Shown piece after piece: positions 19,537 through 27,023 of a stretch of 60,668 nucleotides of DNA. The stretch lies in the NCBI GenBank assembly GCA_001001345.1, contig LCKI01000002.1:1-60668 (forward strand), given 5' to 3'. Positions within the stretch are counted from its first letter, which is position 1; each line of letters starts with the position of its first letter. The stretch comes from Parcubacteria group bacterium GW2011_GWC1_45_14. GTDB lineage: Bacteria > Patescibacteriota > Minisyncoccia > Moranbacterales > GWC2-37-73. Made by a program: the position numbers and the translations under genes. The notes beneath the pieces were generated by a model. It ran no database searches. It was given only the letters and a program-made list of their open reading frames with translations, and had not been told where the DNA came from.

Positions 19537-19995
19537 ATGGTTTGTCCTTTTTGCGGGCACCTCGACACGAAGGTCGTCGATTCCCGAGATACCAATGACG
19601 GTAGGGCGATCCGGCGTAGGCGTGAATGTGAGAAATGCCAGTCCCGGTTCAGTACCTATGAGGAAATGGAAATAATGAAGCTCACGGTCCTCAAGCGCGA
19701 CGGCACGAAGCAGGAATATGACAAGAAGAAGATTGCGGCTGGGCTGCGGAAAGCATTGGAGAAGAGACCCGTGAGTGAAGAGCGGATCCAGAAGGCCATG
19801 GTGGATATCGAGTATGAGATCCAAGCCCGCGAATCCAATGAGATCAAGAGCAAGGAAATCGGAAAAATGGTCCTGGAGAAGTTGAGGGAATTGGACGAAG
19901 TGGCCTATATAAGATTCGCCAGCGTATACAAATCTTTCAAAAGCGTGGAAAGTTTCAAGAGGGAAATGGAGAGTTTGGAGCTTGAGAAAGTGTAG
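19537..19995 (+). CDS. nrdR: transcriptional repressor NrdR
   Basis: MVCPFCGHLDTKVVDSR...RRRRECEKCQSRFSTYE (Zn ribbon), followed by an ATP-cone. Confidence 0.95.
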   Translation: MVCPFCGHLDTKVVDSRDTNDGRAIRRRRECEKCQSRFSTYEEMEIMKLTVLKRDGTKQEYDKKKIAAGLRKALEKRPVSEERIQKAMVDIEYEIQARESNEIKSKEIGKMVLEKLRELDEVAYIRFASVYKSFKSVESFKREMESLELEKV

Positions 19996-20068
19996 AGATA
20001 ATCTTCCATCGAGCAAGTTTAAATAAAATCGAAATTAATCAATACTAAAATTCCGGGGGTACAAAGCT

Positions 20069-22375
20069 ATGAAAAAACAAACAAAGGCGAAAAAGACACA
20101 GAAAGCAAAAGCTGCAGGCGTGAAAAAGGCAGTTAAGGTTAAAGCTGTAAAGACGAAAGCCGTGAAGGTGAATAAAGCGGTAGTTAAAAAGCAGGCTAAG
20201 CCAGCCAAGAAGAGACCCATCAATGTCATCAGAAAAGTCGTCAAAAGAAGCGGAAGGGTCGTGCCTTTCAATCAGAAGAAAATTGAAATAGCAATCACTA
20301 AAGCTTTTTCCACCACTGGAGAAGGGTCGGCTAAGGAAGCCAAGGCTGTCGCCACCAAGGTCGCGCAGATGTTGGGCAAGGGAAAGGAAAAAGGATATAT
20401 CCCCGGAATCGAGGATATCCAGGACGCGGTGGAAAAGGTGCTCATGGTCTTGGACTTCGAGGAAACGGCCAAGGCCTACATCCTTTACCGCGAACAGCAC
20501 CGCAAGATCCGCGAAACTGAAAAATCTTTGGATGAGGCGGTCAGTCTCGTCGATAAATATATCCAGGAAATAGATTGGAAAGTGAAGGAGAACGCTAATA
20601 TGGCATATTCCCTCCAGGGACTTAATAATTATATCTCTTCGATAGTCAGCTCCAAATATTGGATGAACCGCGTTTACACGAAAGATATCCGCGAAGCGCA
20701 CGAGGGTGGGGATTTCCATATCCATGATCTCCAATTGGTTGCCGCTTATTGTTGCGGATGGGATCTTCAGGATCTGCTCAGAAGAGGTTTCACTGGAGTT
20801 TCAGGAAAAGTTTCCTGCAAGCCGGCCAAGCATTTCGGATCAGCTCTGGGTCAGATGGTGAATTTCATTTACACACTTCAAGGAGAAGTGGCTGGAGCGC
20901 AGGCTTTCTCGAACTTCGACACCCTTTTGGCTCCGCTCGTGAGATTCGACAAGCTTTCTTTCAATCAGGTGAAGCAGGAAATCCAATCTTTCGTTTTCAA
21001 TATGAACGTTTCGACCCGCGTCGGATTCCAGACTCCGTTCTCGAACATAACGATGGATGTCGCCTGTCCGAAAAACCTCGCCAATGAGGCCGTCATAGTC
21101 GGAGGAGTCCCTCGCTCCGAGAAATACGGTGAATTCCAGGAAGAGATGAATATGATCAACAAAGCTTTCGCGGAAGTGATGTCGGAAGGTGATGCTAATG
21201 GAAGGATCTTTACCTTCCCGATTCCTACCTACAATATCGGCAAGGATTTCAATTGGGATGATCAAAAATTCAACCCTATTTGGGAAATGACTGCTAAATA
21301 CGGAATCCCATACTTTGCGAACTTCGTTAATTCCGACATGGATCCGGATGACGCCAGAAGCATGTGCTGCCGCTTGCGACTCGACAACCGCGAGTTGCAC
21401 AAAAGAGGAGGAGGACTTTTCGGAGCAAATCCTTTGACCGGTTCGGTCGGAGTGGTGACGATAAATATGCCGAGACTCGGATACAAGGCAAAGAATAAAA
21501 AAGAATTCTATAAGGAACTTAACTATCTGATGGACTTGGCCAAGGACAGCTTGGAAACGAAAAGGAAATTGGTCGAGGGGCTTACCGACAAAGGGCTTTA
21601 TCCATACACGAAATTTTATTTGGACGCCATTAAGATGAGGAGGGGGCAATATTGGGCGAACCATTTCTCCACGATCGGCCTCGTCGGACTCAACGAAGCT
21701 TTGCTGAACCTTATCGGAAAAGACATTACCTCCAAAGAGGGACAGGAGCTGGCTCAGGAAATCCTTGTGCACATGAGGGAAAGGATCACGGGCTACCAGG
21801 AAGAAACCGGAAATCTCTATAACCTGGAAGCGACTCCGGCTGAGGGAACGGCTTACAGGCTAGCCAAGATGGACCAGGAAAGGTATAAGGATATCGTGTT
21901 CGCGAACGACGAAGCGGTGAAGGGCCAGAACGCCGATCCTTACTACACGAACTCTTCGCAGCTCCCGGTATATTTCACGGAAGACATCTTCGAAGCTTTG
22001 GACCTTCAGGATGGACTGCAGACGAAATATACGGGAGGAACGGTACTCCATGGATTCTTGGGGGAAAGAATGTGGGACATCGAAGGGGTGAAGAATCTGG
22101 TCAGGAAGATCGCGGAAAACTATGCCCTGCCATATTTCACGCTCACGCCGACTTTCAGTATCTGTCCGGTCCATGGATATATCGCCGGAGAATTCCATTC
22201 CTGCCCGAAGTGCGTGATTGAGCAGAAGACTGAAGTATATTCGCGCGTCGTGGGATACATCCGCCCGGTAGAGCAGTGGAACAAGGGAAAGAGGACTGAA
22301 TTCAATGACAGAAAGGAGTTCGTCGTTTGCGAGGAAAAGACGGAGAAAGTGAAAGTAGTTTCGAAGAAAAAATAG
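20069..22375 (+). CDS. nrdD: anaerobic ribonucleoside-triphosphate reductase (class III) with a Lys-rich N-terminal tail and an ATP-cone
   Basis: ATP-cone VVKRSGRVVPFNQKKI; core CCRLRLD; C-terminal CPVHG...CPKC and the glycyl-radical loop SRVVGYIRP. Confidence 0.95.
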   Translation: MKKQTKAKKTQKAKAAGVKKAVKVKAVKTKAVKVNKAVVKKQAKPAKKRPINVIRKVVKRSGRVVPFNQKKIEIAITKAFSTTGEGSAKEAKAVATKVAQMLGKGKEKGYIPGIEDIQDAVEKVLMVLDFEETAKAYILYREQHRKIRETEKSLDEAVSLVDKYIQEIDWKVKENANMAYSLQGLNNYISSIVSSKYWMNRVYTKDIREAHEGGDFHIHDLQLVAAYCCGWDLQDLLRRGFTGVSGKVSCKPAKHFGSALGQMVNFIYTLQGEVAGAQAFSNFDTLLAPLVRFDKLSFNQVKQEIQSFVFNMNVSTRVGFQTPFSNITMDVACPKNLANEAVIVGGVPRSEKYGEFQEEMNMINKAFAEVMSEGDANGRIFTFPIPTYNIGKDFNWDDQKFNPIWEMTAKYGIPYFANFVNSDMDPDDARSMCCRLRLDNRELHKRGGGLFGANPLTGSVGVVTINMPRLGYKAKNKKEFYKELNYLMDLAKDSLETKRKLVEGLTDKGLYPYTKFYLDAIKMRRGQYWANHFSTIGLVGLNEALLNLIGKDITSKEGQELAQEILVHMRERITGYQEETGNLYNLEATPAEGTAYRLAKMDQERYKDIVFANDEAVKGQNADPYYTNSSQLPVYFTEDIFEALDLQDGLQTKYTGGTVLHGFLGERMWDIEGVKNLVRKIAENYALPYFTLTPTFSICPVHGYIAGEFHSCPKCVIEQKTEVYSRVVGYIRPVEQWNKGKRTEFNDRKEFVVCEEKTEKVKVVSKKK

Positions 22376-22380
22376 AAACA

Positions 22381-22413
22381 CGGAGTCCGACTCCGATTCG
22401 GAGTCGGACTCCG
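22381..22413. repeat. 33-nt nested palindrome, copy 1 of 2
   Basis: cggagtccgactccg-att-cggagtcggactccg. Each arm is itself palindromic (ggagtc/gactcc). The second copy is at 32908-32940. Confidence 0.9.
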
Positions 22414-22560
22414 GTGAATCAGCAATCTGCGCCGCAAGGTGTTTGATATATGGGTTTTCGGACGAGGGAAGCTAGCCCCTTGCCCGGGAACGCGGATAAT
22501 AAAAAATAAAAATAACCCGTTAACGCGTTAACTCGTTAACCGTCTGACGGGAACAATGAT

Positions 22561-22827
22561 ATGGAACAATATACGTGCCATGATTGCAAAAAGACTTTGG
22601 CAAAAAACGAGGAGTACATGCCATACAAGGTCGGAGCTGAGGTTTATGTGAAATGCAAAGCTTGCCACCAGGCTGATCCTATTTTGAGAAATTTCCAAGC
22701 GACAGAGGTTTATTCTAGAGTCGTGGGGTACATTCGCCCAGTCAAGCAATGGAACAAAGGAAAGCAAGCGGAATTCGGAGACAGGAGGGAATATATGGTC
22801 GAGCAATCGGCCTGCGCTACTTGCTAA
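22561..22827 (+). CDS. stand-alone NrdD C-terminal domain homologue (Cys4 Zn ribbon + glycyl-radical loop)
   Basis: CHDC...CKAC, then TEVYSRVVGYIRPVKQWNKGKQAEFGDRREY. By hand count, 25/31 residues are identical to the NrdD tail, while the codons differ at many synonymous sites. Confidence 0.75.
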   Translation: MEQYTCHDCKKTLAKNEEYMPYKVGAEVYVKCKACHQADPILRNFQATEVYSRVVGYIRPVKQWNKGKQAEFGDRREYMVEQSACATC

Positions 22828-22842
22828 ATGATTGAAGACTTG

Positions 22843-22894
22843 CCCTGTTAAATCCGCTTTGCGGAAATCTGCTTCACAGATTTATTTAACAGGG
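22843..22894 (+). other. compact three-way-junction fold in the spacer before nrdG
   Basis: P1 ccctgttaaat/atttaacaggg (11 bp), P2 ccgc-ttt-gcgg, P3 aaatctg-cttca-cagattt, with no unpaired junction nucleotides. Confidence 0.35.
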
Positions 22895-22907
22895 TAAAAA
22901 AAGATGG

Positions 22908-22943
22908 CAGGGCGATATTTCCTCCCGGGGGAATATCGCCCTG
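22908..22943 (+). other. 12-bp perfect hairpin
   Basis: cagggcgatatt-tcctcccggggg-aatatcgccctg, with only a weak T tract after it. Confidence 0.4.
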
Positions 22944-23053
22944 AATTTCCTTTGGATATTTTTGAAAAATCGTAACGAAGCGCGCTACGTAACGAAGTGC
23001 GTCCGCTGATAAAGGAAAAACTTGTAAATTGGTAATTGGAAATTTTAAATAAT

Positions 23054-23749
23054 ATGAGATTAGGAGGATATCAGAAACTGACGCTTATAGATTATCCGGG
23101 CAAGATCGCCACGACTGTGTTCACTGTCGGTTGCTCTTTCCGTTGCCCGTTCTGTCATAATCCGGAACTCGTTCTGGCTGATCAATTTCCGGAACTTAAT
23201 GACCTGGAGACGGAGTTTTTTAAGTTTTTGGAAAAAAGGAAGGGTAAATTGGAAGGCGTATGCATTACCGGAGGAGAACCGACGATCCAGCCTGACATCA
23301 TTGATTTCATCAAAAAAGTCAAAGCGATGGGATTTTTGGTGAAGTTGGATTCCAACGGGACCAGGCCTGACGTGCTTCGCAAAGTCATCAAGGAAAAAAT
23401 GGTGGACTTCATCGCGATGGACATCAAAAACAGTCCGAAAAAATATTCCAAGACGGTGGGAGTAGACGCGGATATGGAAAGGATCAAGCTCAGTGTGGAT
23501 ATGATCATGAACAGCGGCATCGATTATGAATTTCGAACGACGGTCGTGCCGGGAATCCATAAGGAGAAGGATTTCGATGAGATCGCCAAATGGATCAAAG
23601 GAGCCAAGGCTTATTATCTCCAGGAATTCAGGGATATAAAGGTCATCGATCCAAAGCTGAAAGGAAAGAGGGACGTGAAACCGCTTGATCTGGAAAAGAT
23701 AGAGGGAAAGATTTCGGGCAACTTCGGCGTAATGAAAATAAGGCGCTAA
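23054..23749 (+). CDS. nrdG: anaerobic ribonucleotide reductase activating protein (radical SAM)
   Basis: CSFRCPFCHN (CxxxCxxC cluster) and GVCITGGEPT. It follows nrdD. The ORF track opens at a TTG at 23036. Confidence 0.9.
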   Translation: MRLGGYQKLTLIDYPGKIATTVFTVGCSFRCPFCHNPELVLADQFPELNDLETEFFKFLEKRKGKLEGVCITGGEPTIQPDIIDFIKKVKAMGFLVKLDSNGTRPDVLRKVIKEKMVDFIAMDIKNSPKKYSKTVGVDADMERIKLSVDMIMNSGIDYEFRTTVVPGIHKEKDFDEIAKWIKGAKAYYLQEFRDIKVIDPKLKGKRDVKPLDLEKIEGKISGNFGVMKIRR

Positions 23750-23766
23750 GTTTTAACGTTGATTTG

Positions 23767-24084
23767 ATGAGGAAAATCTTGAAGGGGCTGGCTGTTTTTT
23801 TGTTTTCCATTTTCGCGATGCTCCTGGCCGGGGCGACTTTTGCCGTGGATTTCGTGGAAAGGGAGGAGGATATTCCGGATGGAAAAATTTTCGCTTTCAT
23901 AAACGGCGGAGACTCCTATAGTCTCTGGATAAGGGAGGACGAGAAAAAATATTTGGAAAAAATTACAAGGAAAGCGAAGGAGTTGGTTTATAGGGAAGCG
24001 GCAGTGCATAATCCCGAGGGAGACATGCTTCCGGACAATGTGGACAATGATATTTCAAATGAGCTGAAAAGCAGGATAAATTAG
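23767..24084 (+). CDS. small exported protein, unknown function
   Basis: Signal/TM segment GLAVFLFSIFAMLLAGATFA followed by an acidic mature part. Confidence 0.5.
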   Translation: MRKILKGLAVFLFSIFAMLLAGATFAVDFVEREEDIPDGKIFAFINGGDSYSLWIREDEKKYLEKITRKAKELVYREAAVHNPEGDMLPDNVDNDISNELKSRIN

Positions 24085-24104
24085 GATTTATCTTGCTTTT
24101 TGTT

Positions 24105-24133
24105 TTGCTAATTTCTTCACCCAAGAGTATAAT
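24105..24133 (+). promoter_or_regulatory. sigma70-type promoter
   Basis: TTGCTA (24105-24110), 17 nt, TATAAT (24128-24133). Confidence 0.5.
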
Positions 24134-24188
24134 GGCAGTGTTTAAATATTACTGCCTGGCAGATTGCAATAAGAAATAAAACAAAAAA

Positions 24189-24536
24189 ATGGATAAGAAA
24201 AAAGTCATAGGCAGTTCGATAAAAGCGGCAATTTTGCTTTTAAATGTCGTTCTGGCAGCCGGGGGCGTGTATTATTTCAAGGACAAAGACCGACAGAAAA
24301 AGGAAATCGAACTGTCCGAGGAAAAGGCTTTCAATGAGGAGGTAGAAAAATATAATGCCGATGTTATTCAAGAGGCCGTGTCCGCTTTGCGGACCGAGAG
24401 AGAAAATAGCATAGCGGGAAATCCCGATGCCATAACAAAGGAAACCATAGTGAAGGTGGAGAGATATATACCCCCGGTGACCGAAACGGTCAAAGTTACG
24501 GAGACTAAGCCTTCAAAAACTACCAAGTCCTCCTAA
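24189..24536 (+). CDS. membrane-anchored protein, unknown function
   Basis: N-terminal TM AAILLLNVVLAAGGVYYF, then a charged coiled segment. Confidence 0.5.
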   Translation: MDKKKVIGSSIKAAILLLNVVLAAGGVYYFKDKDRQKKEIELSEEKAFNEEVEKYNADVIQEAVSALRTERENSIAGNPDAITKETIVKVERYIPPVTETVKVTETKPSKTTKSS

Positions 24537-24548
24537 CAAAGAAATATT

Positions 24549-24935
24549 ATGAAAAAGAAACAGATATTATTTATATTATTGTTTTTCTTGGCATCCTCCT
24601 TGATAGTCGCTGGAACATACGATTTTGCATATAAGACCTATATGGCCCAGGCTGATGACGATGAAGATGATGAAGATGATGACGATGACGATGATGATGA
24701 AAAAGAAACGGTGACTGTTACCAAGGAAGTCATAATCCGTCCGGGAAGGACGGTGATAGAAGAACAGGTGAAAAAGATAACATTGCCGGATTCTGATCGG
24801 GATGGACTTGTTGATGAAGAGGATCCGCATCCTGATATGGCCGAGATATACATTGTTTCTGACGACGACCGTAATGGAATTTCGGATGCCTGGGATGAGA
24901 TGAAAAAGAAGTTGGTCGGAGGATCTGATGAGTAA
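24549..24935 (+). CDS. membrane-anchored acidic protein with a poly-Asp tract and thrombospondin-type-3-like Ca-binding motifs
   Basis: TM ILFILLFFLASSLIVAG; DDDEDDEDDDDDDDDE; DSDRDGLVDEEDPHPD; DDDRNGISDAWD. Confidence 0.55.
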   Translation: MKKKQILFILLFFLASSLIVAGTYDFAYKTYMAQADDDEDDEDDDDDDDDEKETVTVTKEVIIRPGRTVIEEQVKKITLPDSDRDGLVDEEDPHPDMAEIYIVSDDDRNGISDAWDEMKKKLVGGSDE

Positions 24936-25860
24936 TTTTTTTCCAAAACTGGTTGTTTTAAGTTTCAGAAAACTTGGAACAGAAATAGATCTGCGCATAG
25001 TGGTTTCTGAAAAAAAACAGGAACAGGTGGCAAGGCGGGATCTTCTTGAAGCGGAAAAAATTTATGAGAAATATCATTTAATGTTCAGCAGGTTTGAGAG
25101 AGAAAATGAGCTTGCAAGACTGAATGCTGAGCTAGGAAGTTTCAGGGAGGCGAAGCCTGAGATTTTGGAAATAGCTGGAAAGTGCCTATCGTACAATAAG
25201 ATGACCCAGGGATATTTCGATCCTAGGATAATTTGTTTTTTGGAAAATTGCGGATATGATAGGGATTTTGAGAGTCTGGATTTTTCGGAAAAAAGATATG
25301 GCGGAACGAGTAAGATAATCAAATCTCTCGGAGAAGATTTGAAGATAGAGGGCGGAAGGATATTGCTCCTGGAAAGAGTTGATTTTTCCGGAATAGCCAA
25401 AGGCTGGATAACTGATAGGGTTGCAGATTTTCTTTTAGGGAGGGGATGGAAAAATTTCGTGGTCGATTCCGGAGGGGATATGTATTTTTCCGGCCTGAAT
25501 GAGAAATTGGAAAAGTGGACGGTGGATATCGCCGGAATTCCTTTTGAAAAATTGACGCTTGGTTTTTTAAATAAGGCTATTGCGACTTCGGGAATAGGTA
25601 AAAGGAAATGGGAGAATGGTGGCGGAAGGTTTCATCATTTGATAAACCCAAAGGATCCTGAAGATTTTTCTTTCGATTTGAAATCGGTAACGGTCATTGC
25701 GGATTCGGTAGAAGAGGCGGATGTTTGGGCGAAAACCTTGTTTTTGATGGGAAAGGAAAAGGGCATTGTTTATGCGAGGAAGAATTCTATCGGAAGCATT
25801 TTTTTGGATTACAAGGGGAATGCGGGCATTTCTCCAGCTATTAACGGATATAAGATTTAA
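24928..25860 (+). CDS. apbE: FAD:protein FMN transferase (ApbE family)
   Basis: FRKLGTEIDLRIV, SGIAKGW, AIATSG and INPK resemble ApbE signatures. The start overlaps the previous stop by 8 nt. No obvious signal peptide. Confidence 0.75.
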   Translation: MSNFFPKLVVLSFRKLGTEIDLRIVVSEKKQEQVARRDLLEAEKIYEKYHLMFSRFERENELARLNAELGSFREAKPEILEIAGKCLSYNKMTQGYFDPRIICFLENCGYDRDFESLDFSEKRYGGTSKIIKSLGEDLKIEGGRILLLERVDFSGIAKGWITDRVADFLLGRGWKNFVVDSGGDMYFSGLNEKLEKWTVDIAGIPFEKLTLGFLNKAIATSGIGKRKWENGGGRFHHLINPKDPEDFSFDLKSVTVIADSVEEADVWAKTLFLMGKEKGIVYARKNSIGSIFLDYKGNAGISPAINGYKI

Positions 25861-25879
25861 ATTTTCGCAAAATAAAAAA

Positions 25880-26743
25880 ATGAAAAGAATATTTACATTC
25901 TTCATGTTGATTGCATCGCTGTTTTCTGTTTCATCTATTTCTTTTGCTCAGGAGATGAGAGCAGTGGAATATCCAGCCGGCTATGCGGCTGATGTCGATC
26001 TGGATGGCTTAACTGATGAAGGAGAAAAGCAGCTCTTCCTAACTGATCCCAATAATCCAGATACTGACTGGGATGGATATTTTGATGGTTTGGAAATTTT
26101 GAACGGCACCAATCCTTTGGATGTAAATTCTTATCTTAATCCTAGAGAAGTTACGGGTGTAAGCATGGAAAATTCATGGGCCTGGTATATAACCAGAGCC
26201 ACCGCGCTAATTTCCTTTGCCTTACTTTACATTGTTGTTTTTTTTGGACTTACTGTCAGGCTTCCTTTTTTGAATAAGATTTTTTCTCCATTGGCTTCGC
26301 TCAGAGTGCATGCCTGGCTTTCCGTGCAGGCTCTTGCTTTCGCGGCTGTTCATGGAATTTCATTGGTGTTTGATAAGTTTCTGAAATTCACCATAGCGGA
26401 CGTTTTCATTCCTTTTTCATCATACTTTGAAACTAATATGGTGGCGCTTGGAGTGATAAGTTTTTATGTTATGCTACTGCTTATTTTAACTTCATATTTC
26501 CGGAGGCTGATGTCGCATAAGATTTGGAGGATTTCACACTTCCTGAATATTGCTCTTTATGTGATAGTGATCATACATGCCTTAAACTTAGGAACAGATC
26601 TTAAATCGGGAACCGGGAGGGATATTTTCATCTGGAGTAACTTTTTTCTGGGAATGCTGTTTGTCGCAAATCTTTCTTACCAGTTGATTATGGTGATTAA
26701 AAGGAATGTGGCTGCCAGGAAAATCGATAATTTGCAAAACTAA
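25880..26743 (+). CDS. exported TSP3-repeat domain fused to a ferric-reductase-like (di-haem b type) transmembrane domain
   Basis: Signal peptide MKRIFTFFMLIASLFSVSSISFAQE; DVDLDGLTDEGE...DPNNPDTDWDGYFDG; six TM segments with His pairs (RVHAWLS...AAVHG; ISHFLN...IIHAL). Confidence 0.6.
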   Translation: MKRIFTFFMLIASLFSVSSISFAQEMRAVEYPAGYAADVDLDGLTDEGEKQLFLTDPNNPDTDWDGYFDGLEILNGTNPLDVNSYLNPREVTGVSMENSWAWYITRATALISFALLYIVVFFGLTVRLPFLNKIFSPLASLRVHAWLSVQALAFAAVHGISLVFDKFLKFTIADVFIPFSSYFETNMVALGVISFYVMLLLILTSYFRRLMSHKIWRISHFLNIALYVIVIIHALNLGTDLKSGTGRDIFIWSNFFLGMLFVANLSYQLIMVIKRNVAARKIDNLQN

Positions 26744-26961
26744 TGAGAATTTACGTAAGAGTTTCCCCGCGGTCTTCGAAAAATGAAGTCATTAAGATTT
26801 CCGACGGGGAATATAAAGTGAAAATAACCGCACCTCCGGTCGACGGAGAGGCGAATAAGATGCTGATCAAAGTCCTTTCTGATCATTTCTCCGTTTCCAA
26901 ATCTTCCATAAATATCGTGGGAGGAAAAAGCGCGAAGACGAAAATGGTGGACATCGGCTGA
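26743..26961 (+). CDS. DUF167 (YggU-like) protein
   Basis: RVSPRSSKNEV...VKITAPPVDGEANKMLIKVLSD is the DUF167 pattern. The ATG overlaps the upstream stop (taATG). Confidence 0.8.
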   Translation: MRIYVRVSPRSSKNEVIKISDGEYKVKITAPPVDGEANKMLIKVLSDHFSVSKSSINIVGGKSAKTKMVDIG

Positions 26962-27023
26962 TTTCAATGGCTCACGCGACGTGAGCCGTTGAAGGGGACT
27001 CGGATAGGGGATATAATTAAGCC

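Noticed and set aside
23800-23835. LLAGATF in the small exported protein as a possible ApbE flavinylation motif, (S/T)GA(S/T).
   Set aside because: It lies inside the predicted signal/TM segment, lacks the preceding Asp and Ser/Thr of the Dxx(S/T)GA(S/T) consensus, and there is no FMN-binding domain around it. It is likely coincidence.
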